The notes: generated from the sequence alone by a model not told the origin. A stretch of 64,000 nucleotides of DNA from Candidatus Bathyarchaeota archaeon (GCA_963811105.1 CAWEPZ010000009.1:160001-224000), one strand, 5' to 3'. Counted from the stretch's first letter, positions 49,698-60,536 are shown. Numbers and translations: made by a program.

Positions 49698-52247
49698 GTG
49701 CAAATCTTAATATTTTTCGGGCAAGCTCTATTACGTAGAAGGAAAACTAAATTGAAAATCTTAAACAAGAAAAGCCTTAACATTGTGATTTCGATTTTGC
49801 TAATCGCTTCTTTTGCGGTCACACTATTTGGAAACCTAAACGTAGCCGCTCAATCTTTAGGCAAAGCTTACCCGTTTATCGAAGCAGTTCCTAACCCAGT
49901 CGGTAAAGGACAAGTAACACTGTTAAACGTCGGCGCTCTCAACTTCCTAAACGCTGAAAACGATGGTTGGAACGTGACGGTCTCAATCACAAAACCAGAT
50001 GGAACCAATGATACCATAGGATCATTCAAGACATTCTCAACCGGCACGTATGGAAAATCTTATGTCCCAGACCAAGTAGGAACATATGTCCTGAAGACAA
50101 ACTTCCTTGAACAAACATACGCGGGCGTGAAATATGCTGCAGTTTCAAGCGATCCATATGAACTAGTCGTTCAGGAACAACCAGTGCCAGCCTATCCAGA
50201 TCAGCCTCTCCCAGCAGAATATTGGTCACGCCCTATCGATTCACAGCTTCGATCCTGGTGGTCAATTGCAGGCAGTTGGTTAACTAAACCAAATAACCTC
50301 TTAGCGCCGTACAATGCAGGTCCAGAAAGTGCACATGTTCTTTGGTCACAACCATTAGGTGACATGAACGGTGGACTCGCAGGCGGCGACACTGGTGAGC
50401 ATGGACATGAAACAGGCGATGCATATGAAGGCAAATTCTCAGGTTCAGTAATTATCGATGGAGTTCTATACTACAACCGATACATTTCAGGCAACCCACA
50501 ACAAACAGTTGTCGCAATGGATTTACACACTGGAAAACAACTTTGGGAAACCAACCTATTGGGCCAAGGCTTACGTTTAAGCTTCGGGCAAACCCTTTGG
50601 TGGGATTCAAGGAACAACCGCGCAGTCTTCTCATACATATATGCTTCTAGCGGAACCAACTTGTTTGCTTTTGACGCACACACAGGAAACTTGCAATTCA
50701 ACTTCACAAACGTACCCTCAGGCACAGTGTACTACGGTGCAAACGGCGAACTCTTAAAATACACACTAACAAACCTTGGCAACACAACGAACCCCAAATA
50801 TTACCTCAATCAATGGAACTCGAGTTGGGTAGTAACCAACGGCAAGACTGGTATGTCTGAAAGCTGGGGCAGCCAAGTCTTAGGAGTTACATACAACGCA
50901 ACACTTAGAGGATATGACAGAAACGTCTCATGTACAGGAATAACTTCAGTTCTTCCAGGCAGCGCTTCAATAGCATACGTCGGCGATAAACTAATCGGCA
51001 CCCGAGTCAACCAAACCGAAGTTGACCTCTGGGGAGTAAGCATAGCACCCGATGCAAGCTTCGGACAATTACTATACAACACAGTATGGGCAGCACCATC
51101 TGAATGGCTTCTAGGCAACATAACCATCGGTGGCATAGGACAATCCGGTTGGTGTGCATGGAGTCCAACAAACCAAGTTGGCGTCTACTTCACAAAAGAG
51201 AACCGTGTACACTACGGTTTCAGTACGTCTAACGGTAGCTTCCTATGGCAAACGGCACCACAAAAATTTGAAGACGCTTGGAGTGACACAGTCACCGCGA
51301 CCTTCGGCCCAGACAGAGTCATTGCCTACAACGAGCTAATCTCTGCCACAGTCGGCGGAACAGTATATGCATATAACATTGCTGATGGCAAACTATCTTG
51401 GACATACAACGCAACAGATCCTTTCCACGAATCATACATCGGCAACGATTGGTGGACAGTACCACTTTTCGTCACAGACGGCAAAATCTACATTGGCAGC
51501 ATGGAACACTCAGCTTTAGACCCCAAGCCAAGAGGCGCTCCGTTCTTCTGTCTTAACGTCACAACAGGCGATTTGCTCTGGAGAGTAAACGGTATGTTCC
51601 GCCAAACAAGATGGGGAGGAAGAGCAATCATCGGTGACAGCATCATCGCAACCCTAGACACATATGACCAGCAAGTCTACGCAGTAGGTAAAGGTCCAAG
51701 CTCAACGACAGTCTCGGCACCTGATATCGCTGCACCATTCGGAAACGCAGTCGTAATTAAGGGCACCGTAATGGATGTTTCACCAGGAACTAGCAGCGAT
51801 GCAATGAAACTACGCTTCCCCAACGGTGTGGCAGCAGTGTCAGACCAGAGCCAAAGCGACTGGATGCTATACGTTTACAAGCAATTTGAACAACCTGGCA
51901 ACATCACTGGAGTACCAGTAAGCATTGACGCAACTGACCCCAACAACAACTACATCCACATTGGTGACACAACAACCGACATTAGCGGTCAATTTAGCTA
52001 TATATATACACCAACACTCTCAGGCAAATACACAGTCTACGCAACGTTCTCAGGTTCAGCAGCATACTATGGTTCATATGCAGAGGCACCCTTAGGTATA
52101 GCCCAACAAGCATCACCAACGCCAAGCCCTTCACCACTAGCAGTCAGTGTCAGTGACACCTACTTAATTCCAGGCATCATTGCAATCATTATAGCAATAA
52201 TCGTAATCGGCGTAATACTTGCACTGCTCATTAGTAGAAAACATTAA
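49698..52247 (+). CDS. Membrane-anchored PQQ-like beta-propeller surface protein (paralog of 3938-6682)
   Basis: Shared motifs PNPVGxGQ, YWxRP, GPxxAH, DGKxY, VxIxGTVxDxSP, GVPV, ATFxG; TM plus basic tail. Confidence 0.8.
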   Translation: MQILIFFGQALLRRRKTKLKILNKKSLNIVISILLIASFAVTLFGNLNVAAQSLGKAYPFIEAVPNPVGKGQVTLLNVGALNFLNAENDGWNVTVSITKPDGTNDTIGSFKTFSTGTYGKSYVPDQVGTYVLKTNFLEQTYAGVKYAAVSSDPYELVVQEQPVPAYPDQPLPAEYWSRPIDSQLRSWWSIAGSWLTKPNNLLAPYNAGPESAHVLWSQPLGDMNGGLAGGDTGEHGHETGDAYEGKFSGSVIIDGVLYYNRYISGNPQQTVVAMDLHTGKQLWETNLLGQGLRLSFGQTLWWDSRNNRAVFSYIYASSGTNLFAFDAHTGNLQFNFTNVPSGTVYYGANGELLKYTLTNLGNTTNPKYYLNQWNSSWVVTNGKTGMSESWGSQVLGVTYNATLRGYDRNVSCTGITSVLPGSASIAYVGDKLIGTRVNQTEVDLWGVSIAPDASFGQLLYNTVWAAPSEWLLGNITIGGIGQSGWCAWSPTNQVGVYFTKENRVHYGFSTSNGSFLWQTAPQKFEDAWSDTVTATFGPDRVIAYNELISATVGGTVYAYNIADGKLSWTYNATDPFHESYIGNDWWTVPLFVTDGKIYIGSMEHSALDPKPRGAPFFCLNVTTGDLLWRVNGMFRQTRWGGRAIIGDSIIATLDTYDQQVYAVGKGPSSTTVSAPDIAAPFGNAVVIKGTVMDVSPGTSSDAMKLRFPNGVAAVSDQSQSDWMLYVYKQFEQPGNITGVPVSIDATDPNNNYIHIGDTTTDISGQFSYIYTPTLSGKYTVYATFSGSAAYYGSYAEAPLGIAQQASPTPSPSPLAVSVSDTYLIPGIIAIIIAIIVIGVILALLISRKH

Positions 52248-52435
52248 AAACCAAAAGAATCAATCACCTTTCTTTTTTTAGATTCTTAACAAGCGATTTG
52301 TTCATTAGCAGTTGATCTACTACTTAGATTAATGATTGATTTATTCGATTAAGCGGACTTTTTCAATACTTTTATGATGAATTCGTTGTAAATCCAGCAA
52401 AAGAACTAAATATTCTAACCAATTTTTGCTATTTT

Positions 52436-53107
52436 ATGTTCAAGAAAATCTATCTTATAATTGCCGTAATTGTTATCGCTGTTGTTATTAGCATTGCGGC
52501 TGTTCTATCAATACCAAACCAGCCAATACCTTCTATAAAAGCTGTCACAAATTTAGTTCCAGGTGACACTTTTACATACAGCATAAAAGGCTACTCCGAT
52601 TTTCTTGCAGACAACGCCTCGGAGCCTGCAAGTTTCAAGGAGTTAAACCAAACTGACTTCTACAAAGTTGCCATTTGCTCCGTGTTAGGACCAGACATCA
52701 AATTTAACACGACTTGGCGTTTCCTAAACGGGACTGAAATCAATTTACAGGGCAATGGTAACCTTTTGAAAGGTATAGATGACACTCAATTCTGGGCTAT
52801 ATATCGATCAAACCTTACTCTCTATGATCTTGTTCGTCCTTCGGGAGAAGATGGAATGATTGTGAACCAGACAGAAACAAGAACTTATGCAAATGGTCTC
52901 AGACCAGCCAACGTGATGACCTATCAAACCCAATTCCTTGACACCAACGATCCATCACTTAGTCGAGCAGTTGATGAATATATTTACGTTCACTTTGACA
53001 AAGCAACCGGAATGCTTGTCGAGCTTAAAGACATGCAAATCTACAGTGACCAAGTAGTCCTTACCGTCGAGTGGCAATTGGAGCAGACTAATGTTTGGGT
53101 AGTATAG
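52436..53107 (+). CDS. Membrane-anchored secreted hypothetical protein
   Basis: N-terminal TM, PGDTFTY, FDKATGMLVE, LEQTNVW. Confidence 0.7.
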   Translation: MFKKIYLIIAVIVIAVVISIAAVLSIPNQPIPSIKAVTNLVPGDTFTYSIKGYSDFLADNASEPASFKELNQTDFYKVAICSVLGPDIKFNTTWRFLNGTEINLQGNGNLLKGIDDTQFWAIYRSNLTLYDLVRPSGEDGMIVNQTETRTYANGLRPANVMTYQTQFLDTNDPSLSRAVDEYIYVHFDKATGMLVELKDMQIYSDQVVLTVEWQLEQTNVWVV

Positions 53108-53645
53108 CACACTGCAAGGATACAGAATTACAACTTCACAGCTGTATAATCCCAAATCTCTAAATGAGTTGCCTCCGTGGAAAGGTTCGGTCATCAAAGA
53201 ACCTGAATCACCCCCCTTTTCCTCTTCAAAACTAGCATTGCATTCAAGCTAACGCTTAAATCTAGCATTAAGCTAAACAACCACTTTGAACAAAAAATAA
53301 TTAACGAACTCTACAACGATAGTCGAATATCTTCTTCAAACAATGGAATAATTGGGCTTCGAACAAGTATTCGGTACAAAGCCATATGTGCTTTCAACAC
53401 TGTTTTACCCTTTTGCTGCAAACTTGCTTAGCTTCGAAAGCTATACAACCCCAACAATCTGCGAAGCAGCCAAAGGACAAAAACAAACGAGTCTTTCATT
53501 CAATGGAGAAAATAAGGTAAAACTTATTACCCTGCTGCAAAAGAGCAAGAGGCAATCTGCATGTTGTAGTATAATATCAGTCACAAGTGTTTTTAAATAA
53601 AACAAATCATAACAAGCAAGTAAGCTATAAGGAGAATAAATAGAA

Positions 53646-54434
53646 ATGCGTAAAAAATCAACTATTTTTATTTCGAGCTTGTTTATTGCAATGCTATTAC
53701 TTTCAACGTCAGCACTTGTATTTTCAAGCGTTCAAGCACAAGGCAACGCCACGGTCACAGTTTCAGATGTAACCGGGGGCACAACAGATAATCCAGGCAC
53801 CAACACTTATGCCGATGGAACCTCTTTTACAATAACCGCCACATCTAATGACGGATATGCCTTTGTAGGTTGGATAGTATCGACTGATTTAAGTTCAACT
53901 AACTACATTGACAATCCATTAATAATTACGTTAACGGGCGGAACGACCTATACAATAGAACCAGACTTCCAGATTTTACTCCCAGCCCCTGGCGGTAATC
54001 TTCCAGCCCCGAATACTAATGCAGCTATCGTCGTAGTCTTAGCAGCAGCAGGAGGAACATCAACACCAGCGCCAGGCACATACGCACTAGCCGACGCAAC
54101 AAATATGAAACTAACGGCAACAGCAAACAGCGGCTGGCAATTCTCGCATTGGACAATTTGCGGTTCAAGCATGAACCATGGCGGCGCTCCCCTAAACTAT
54201 GCTCCATCAGAAAACCCCTACACAGTTGGCCATGGCTACGGATACACATACTATTATCAACCAGTATTCACTCCAGTTGGAAGTCCTCAGTCGTCATCAT
54301 CGGCGTCACCTTCATCTTCACCTGCAGGCATGGGCGGATTATCAACTGAAACATGGATTATCGTCGCTTTAATCATTGTAATCATTGTAATGGTAATTGG
54401 TTTTGCGGCTTATACGCTAAGAAGTAAAAAATAG
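53646..54434 (+). CDS. Surface protein with two InlB B-repeat-like domains
   Basis: GGTT...PGT..Y...ITATSNDGYAFVGW and LTATANSGWQFSHW repeats; signal peptide; TM anchor. Confidence 0.8.
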   Translation: MRKKSTIFISSLFIAMLLLSTSALVFSSVQAQGNATVTVSDVTGGTTDNPGTNTYADGTSFTITATSNDGYAFVGWIVSTDLSSTNYIDNPLIITLTGGTTYTIEPDFQILLPAPGGNLPAPNTNAAIVVVLAAAGGTSTPAPGTYALADATNMKLTATANSGWQFSHWTICGSSMNHGGAPLNYAPSENPYTVGHGYGYTYYYQPVFTPVGSPQSSSSASPSSSPAGMGGLSTETWIIVALIIVIIVMVIGFAAYTLRSKK

Positions 54435-54849
54435 ATTTCCTTTCTTTTTTTCCTTTTAAAGGTCCACTGTTGGAAAAGCAAAATAAGAAAAAATGAACTT
54501 CTGAAGCTATTCTATTCTCTGCTCAAAGATTTAGAAACTAAAGGGAAAATATCGTTTATTAATTGCTAATACTGGCATAGCTGTTAAGGAAAAATTGCTT
54601 GGTCCAGGCTTTATTCGCGAAATCTTTGTATCGGACAACCTTTATGCAGACAATGGAGCAGGAAGTAATCATAATTCCTCCTGATGAGGCATCGGGATAG
54701 CCATTAGTTGAGCTATCATTGGTAAAGTATTACGGCCTGACCGGATAAGCCTTATCAATAATGAAACAAACAAAATCAACTTAAGTAGGGATGCATAAAC
54801 GAGTTTTCCTTGCATCTTAACTTCCTTCATCTTGGCTAAAAACTTGATG

Positions 54850-55260
54850 CCTTTCTCGATTGAAACTGTGTTTTTTACGTAAAATGTAACTCCCAAAGTG
54901 GTAATTACAAAGGTCTTACAAATAGCAATGAGTAAGTTTGATGGAAGATTTTCTTGTGGGTTAGCTTTTATCGTTGCTGGGTTTGAAACCGTGAAAGTGG
55001 TTTAGTCAGCAGCGACGTTTCCTATGCAATCCCACAGGTAAAGCGTCAGGTTGTATGTTCCATAAGATATGTTCCGCATCACTGTGTCTGGGCAACTGTA
55101 AGGTTTAGTTTGCTATCTAGACTCATGCTGCCTGCGAAACGTTCTCATTAGCTTTGAAGCTTAATGGCATTCGTGTTGTTTTGTAGGTGGTGTTTTGTTT
55201 TGAAAGATTAGTTATGGTTGAAGGCGTTGAGTCTATGACTTTACCGCTTACATCTACAGT
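54850..55260 (-). pseudogene. Degraded Ig-like surface protein C-terminus
   Basis: Fragments IDSTPSTITNLS / PLSFKANENVSQ*SLD / YGTYNLTLYLWDCIGN / TM-like tail with stops and frameshifts. Confidence 0.5.
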
Positions 55261-55490
55261 GACTTATATAGTGTTTACCCAGCCAGCTTCATAATTGTCA
55301 GTAATACCCGTGGGTTTAAAGGGTCCCCATGTGCGGCACTGCAAAAAGGAAACAATGAATTGAGAAATGGTACGCCGTAATCGACCAATCGTTTCCTTCA
55401 ATATCTAGAGAAAAGGCAATCTATGGAAAAAAGAAACAATTGCTCTAATTGGACTTGAGTTTAAAAACTAATCAATTTTCAGAAAAATAG

Positions 55491-56497
55491 TGCTGTGTTG
55501 AATAACTAAAAGCTATCTTTGAGTTAGGTTTTGAACCATTTCTCTTCACTTAGATTAAAAGCCTAATTCAGGTTCATTTTCATAAACAGGTTGTAAATTG
55601 AAGCCTTTAGCAGCAGTTCCTTAACGATGTGTTGCCACTTCACCGCACAAATAAACTCTCCAAACGTCCGCTTTAAACAAGAAAACGCTGACTCAACCAT
55701 CCAACGATACCCATAACCCTTCTCACGCCTCCATCCATCATTGCCAAGCTGCTTCACCACAGCAAACTTACGCGGCATGCAACCCCCACCCTTAAACGAA
55801 GCGTTCTTGCGCACCCTAATCAAAGGCTCAATATCCAACTCGCTGGCCAAACGGAAGTTAACTTTAGAATCATAAGCGCCATCACCAATCACTTTCACTA
55901 CATTAGCAACGCCACTTGAACCCTTAACCAACCTGCCAAACATGCGTCCATCCCCAACGTCTTCTTTAGTTACCTCAATAGCAAGTATCTGTTTGGTCTT
56001 AGTATCAACGGCAATGTGCACTTTTATGAAGCCGCGTTGCACTCTCCACTTCTTATGAATCCATTCACCGCGATTAGACACTTTAATTCCGCTAGAGTCC
56101 ACAGCGATAGTGACATCTTTGTTTACATCAACGGAAGAGGCTAAATCGATCTTCATCTTGGCGATTCGCCACCAGATAGTTGTGTAGTCTGGCGCTTTTA
56201 GTCCGTTAACGTATTGACTCAAGCCGCGCATGAAGCCTTCCAACTGCCTGTATGGCAAAACGTATGCATGCACTACAGCTAGCAGTTTGATGAATGATTC
56301 TGGGTAGCGGTATCTGCCGCCTTCTTTGCCTTCATTCATGGTTTTGAGTTCTACTAGACCAGCCTGCAACGAAGTCTAAATCAACAAGAATCAAGCCCCG
56401 TTTCACTAACGCTTCATTGTAGCCATTCCAATCTCTCAAATAACTCATAATCAAGCGTTCTGTACACAACTAGTATTTATAGTCATTCAACACAGCA
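55491..56497 (-). mobile_element. IS5-family insertion sequence (about 1.0 kb)
   Basis: TIRs TGCTGTGTTGAATRACTA at both ends; 8-bp TSD AAAAATAG at 55483-55490 and 56498-56505. Confidence 0.92.
55563..56439 (-). pseudogene. IS5-family DDE transposase with N-terminal frameshift
   Basis: PDYTTI, VDSSG, GDGAYD, YGYRWMVESAFS; N-terminus RDWNGYNEALVKRG lies in another frame upstream of about 56360. Confidence 0.85.
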
Positions 56498-56558
56498 AAA
56501 AATAGAAAAAACATAAATTCAAAAAGAAAGAAAAATATTGGATTTTTTAGTTCACTGC

Positions 56559-56740
56559 TTATGGATTCTTTCTGAGTATCAAAACTGTGGCGATTGCAAC
56601 TGCGATTATCATTGCTATGCCTGTTCCGATGATGTCAGGGTGTAGTCGGTTGATGCTTGTATTTCTGTTGGAGCTGACGTCGTTGATGATGAGTCTGCCA
56701 TACTTTATGGGGTTTCTGCGTATGATCCCCAATAAGAGGC
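56559..56740 (-). pseudogene. C-terminal remnant of a third PQQ-like surface protein paralog
   Basis: ASYWGSYAETP...IIGTGIAMIIAVAIATVLILRKNP* matches AYYGSYAEAP...RKH of 49698-52247. Confidence 0.65.
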
Positions 56741-57170
56741 ACCATCATTACGCAACATAAGAATTAACCATGAAATACGAGGTAGGGCTTTAGTCAAACA
56801 ACGCTTAATCGTTACAATGAAATACACAGAAAAGAATAATCAAGAATAACAAGTCAATTTTTTTATTATTAACTCTGGAAAAAACAGTTTTCCCCACACA
56901 TAGTACACTCTATCTCAAATTTCTTCAGATTAAGTCAATGTATACTTTGGCGGATTATCAAAATACATTAGCAAATGGATCAACTCCGACGAAAAAGAAA
57001 TCAATGCTGAAAACGAAGGCTGACAACTATTGAGGGAAGACAAAAAGAATAACCGTTACCTCTACAAAAAACAATTAAGTTCAGCAGCAACAATAGGACA
57101 CGATTAACAAAACCAAAAAACACATAAATAGCCAAAGAGTCTAAACAGCAACGTCACCAAGACGATATAC

Positions 57171-57247
57171 GCGGTAATAGTACAGCTTGGTTAGTACATA
57201 GGCTTGCCAAGTCTAGGACCCGGGTTCAAATCCCGGTTACCGCACCA
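57171..57247 (+). tRNA. tRNA-Gly(GCC), intronless, CCA encoded
   Basis: Acceptor GCGGTAA/TTACCGC, D-stem GTAC/GTAC, anticodon arm TAGGC-TTGCCAA-GTCTA, T-arm CCGGG-TTCAAAT-CCCGG, ACCA. Confidence 0.93.
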
Positions 57248-57346
57248 ATCTTCCAGTTCAATTCTTCCATTTAATAGATTATCTATCTATTATCTAAACT
57301 ATGTTTATAATTCGCCATTTTTGTGCTTATAATAGGTGAAAAGTAG

Positions 57347-57465
57347 ATGTCGATAGTCAGAAAGATTAGTCCGACTGGTAACAGTTTAGCATAACGCTCC
57401 CTAAATCATGGTTAACTAATCTCGAAAAAGAAAATGGTCAGAAAATCAGAGTTAGCGATTGAATT
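57347..57465 (+). pseudogene. AbrB/MazE-like DNA-binding protein, frameshifted
   Basis: MSIVRKISPTGNSL / SITLPKSWLTNLEKENG; GGTGA upstream. Confidence 0.6.
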
Positions 57466-57778
57466 TTTTATGTACCGCAAATAGCGCCTGTAATCTCAAG
57501 AAAGTCGGCGTAGAACCTATTACTATTGCGAAGCTATGGGTTCGACTTTGTTGGTGAAAAGACGATTCTTATGGCTTAGGCGATAGCGAATGTGCATTGC
57601 GAAACGGTAGTTTCTTTATTTTTCTAAACAACGCAACTGCCGTTTGGTAGTAAGCGACTTTTCTTGTTGTCTTGCTATCAAGAAGCAAAAGTTTGACTAA
57701 TGCGAAACTGCGTTTTAGCTGCTACGGATTTCGCAACAAACCTTTTAACCGCTTCTGGAAGAACTTGCGTGGTGGTCT

Positions 57779-58309
57779 ATGATGCACGACCCCAAAAACA
57801 TTAAGCCAATGAAATGCCTAATTGATGGCCGATGTAATTGCATAGCGTTCTTTAAAAAACCAGAGTGGGTAGGTTGTAATTGGCTCAAAATCTGTAGGTA
57901 TTGCCCTAAGAAAGGCTATTCTTTGGATGCTGCAAAACAATTAGAGTGTCGCCAGCAATATGAGGAACATAAGAACTTGTATCCCTTCGATTATATGAGA
58001 AATGACATTTCTGTTGAGGATCACATAAGAGGCTTAGGGTTTGAACCAGACTTAGTTCCAGATTTAGTGCGAGAAGAAGAGGCGATTGCAACACTCGTCA
58101 AGAACCTGCATGCAATAATCGGAAGCAAATTGGGAAAAATCGACAACAAACTTCTATTCTTCATCATCGAACTAACCGATTTAATGGTTCGAATGCAGAA
58201 AAACGGATGTAAATTACCCGAAAACGTCATAGACTATTTGCTAAAAATGCCTGAATTTCTGTCAGAAATAGAAAAGTGTAAGAAAGATGGAACTAGACTG
58301 CAAGGCTAG
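57779..58309 (+). CDS. Hypothetical protein with Cys-rich N-terminus
   Basis: 176-aa ORF, CLIDGRCNC...C...CRYC. Confidence 0.55.
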   Translation: MMHDPKNIKPMKCLIDGRCNCIAFFKKPEWVGCNWLKICRYCPKKGYSLDAAKQLECRQQYEEHKNLYPFDYMRNDISVEDHIRGLGFEPDLVPDLVREEEAIATLVKNLHAIIGSKLGKIDNKLLFFIIELTDLMVRMQKNGCKLPENVIDYLLKMPEFLSEIEKCKKDGTRLQG

Positions 58310-58640
58310 GTCTCGGTTACCGCATTGTCATAATTCCCAATGTTATTTCAATTCAAATCTCTTTAAGCATCTTAAGACTTCTGGAAATATGTTCAACTCT
58401 CTAAGATCTACTTTAGTAGCTCACCGAAATTCATTAGCAAGTGGCTTCACACTAACAAAAAGGAACTCAAAGCCGTAAACGCTGGTTGGCAACATTGTAA
58501 GAGAAGGAAAAAAATCACCGACATCGCTACAAGAAGCAAGTTAGCTCAGCAACACCAAAATATGACCTGGCCAAAAAGCAGATAAATAACAGCTGAGTCT
58601 ATCGCAAAGTCGACTCGACTTAAGGCGAGAATATGTCAAA

Positions 58641-58775
58641 GGTCGTAGTCCAATAGCAAACTATTGAAAAGCGGTAGTCTAGTTTTGGTCTAGGACATCA
58701 AAGTATTTTCCAACCGGCATACTGTTTAAGCCTTCCACGCTGACGACCCGGGTTCAAATCTCGGCGACCGCACCA
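58641..58775 (+). tRNA. tRNA-Gly(TCC)-like gene with non-canonical intron and damaged 5' acceptor strand (possibly pseudo)
   Basis: D-arm GTCT...GGAC; anticodon arm TC[about 29-nt insert]AGC-CTTCCAC-GCTGA; T-arm CCGGG-TTCAAAT-CTCGG; CGACCGCACCA; 5' GCGGTCG not contiguous. Confidence 0.7.
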
Positions 58776-59099
58776 TATTCCTGGTTCAAACCCTCAACTT
58801 TTGGTTGTAGGTGACGAAGAAAGTTTCTATGTTCTGATACCTGAATGTGAGGCAGTAATTGCTAAATTATCCAATTTAATTTCCGGTCTTAAGAGTGATG
58901 GTTTTGGGTTGCTGACCTGAAAGAACTCTCACATTTAATATCTTTTCTTTCAACTGAAATTGCCGAATCATTTCACAAAAGGATTAAAATTTTCGGGAGA
59001 TTATTGAGGATTTCAGACCTGATGAATCCTAATAAAACAAGTACAACGCACTTTGAGCGTCAAGTCTGCTATTACCAGGTTTCACTGTCAGCCTCTAAA

Positions 59100-59295
59100 T
59101 CGATTCGCAGTTTTCTATGGAAGAGAGGCTATGATTTCGACCAATAGAAAAAACATGACTGAAGATACTTCAGCTTTGTGGACAACCGACGCCAACCTCT
59201 TCGGCGTAGTGAGCGGATACTTTGATATGGGTTGGCGTGAATCCGAAAAAGCTAAGCAAATCAACAAGCAACTAATAACAAACTTAGATTCGTAA
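59100..59295 (+). pseudogene. TrmB-family regulator C-terminal fragment
   Basis: SALWTTDANLFGVVSGYFDMGWRES resembles the end of the TrmB effector domain. Confidence 0.5.
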
Positions 59296-59530
59296 ACAAC
59301 AATAGAGCATTGCAGGGCATTGGTAGGTTACGGTCTTTGTATCATTTGACCAATTCGATTTCTTGCAAGGGTCACCAAAATAAACTCGTCGAAAAAAGTG
59401 ATCGTACTTAGTTCTGCTTAGTTAATTAATCGGTTTCGGGATTCAGTTTCATTGATTTGCTAAAAACATGAATTCTAAATTCATAGTAAAATTCATAGCA
59501 CTAATAAGCAAATTAAACCAATTCCTGTGG

Positions 59531-59601
59531 CAAGCGACGAACCCTGTTAAAACAATTCTGTTTGCCCAACTCCTTTCTCCCCAAACAGGGTTCGTCGCTT
59601 G
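59531..59601. repeat. Perfect 18-bp inverted repeat with 35-nt spacer
   Basis: CAAGCGACGAACCCTGTT (59531-59548) / AACAGGGTTCGTCGCTTG (59584-59601). Confidence 0.9.
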
Positions 59602-59805
59602 AGGACAATCACATGGAAAAGTTTTTAAAACTATTTCCGAAATGCAGCAAATAATAGCCTCTAAATTCAGAGCGGTAGGAGAATAGAACGTGAATTGGGA
59701 TCCGCTGTCCAAACAAAAGCAAGCATATTTGAAATTTGAGAGAGAAAGTGCAGATGTTTAAAATTAAAAGTAAGGTATCCCCGAATCTGTGTTCAGGGAT
59801 CGAAA

Positions 59806-60140
59806 TGCATTTCTCAGATTAGATGTATGTTTGCGTAGTTTTGGTACAACTGAAAAATGAATCTAAACTCTATCTACTTTTGCTACAAAAGAACATTTTG
59901 TCGATTTCCAAAATTTCCAAAGAAATGAATGTGCATCCTACCAACATTTATACGGTATATTAGAACTTGATTAAGGGTCTTGTCGAGCATTCATTTGAAA
60001 GACCTGTGCGACTTCGCCCTGTTCAATTGGATCATGCCTTGAATACCCTGATTTCTCATCGTCAAGTCGAGTCATCAACTACTATCAGGAAACTTCAGAA
60101 CATTACGTCATCAACATTCTTGGAGTTGGAACGCTATTAG
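59806..60140 (+). pseudogene. TrmB-family regulator N-terminal HTH, disrupted
   Basis: LKNESKLYLLLL...SKISKEMNVHPTNIY..*.LIKGLVEHSFERPVR. Confidence 0.65.
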
Positions 60141-60536
60141 CTCTGGCGAAAGCGTAAGAAAAGCAAGAACGATAGGCGACTAAGTGATAGACGAAGAGTT
60201 GACGTCAAGCACACTTCGTTTCTAATTCCAAGTTTTTACACACTCTACTTAAGGCTTGAGTTCAAATATTTCTCTTAGGTTTCCAGCTTGCATTTTTTTC
60301 TGGCCACGAAAGCTAAAAAAATAATAACAGTAAAGTTCAAAAAACAAGTGGTGCCTGGAATGGAACCTGAATACTCCCTCCAATGAAGCATTATCAGCAT
60401 ATCTCCTTTTTTCGAAAAATTTGTGTTTATCAAGTATTATCCAGTGATTTTGGGTTAAAATTAACTATGTGTAATTTTGCTTGCATCGTTTTTGAAAGAA
60501 AGATGAGTTCTTAAATTCCCAATGAGCAAAAATTCT

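Noticed and set aside
59001-59080. Hammerhead ribozyme suggested by CTGATGA
   Set aside because: No correctly placed GAAA core or three-stem junction; only a simple hairpin
59449-59712. 87-aa minus-strand ORF
   Set aside because: Spans the perfect inverted repeat and has non-protein-like composition
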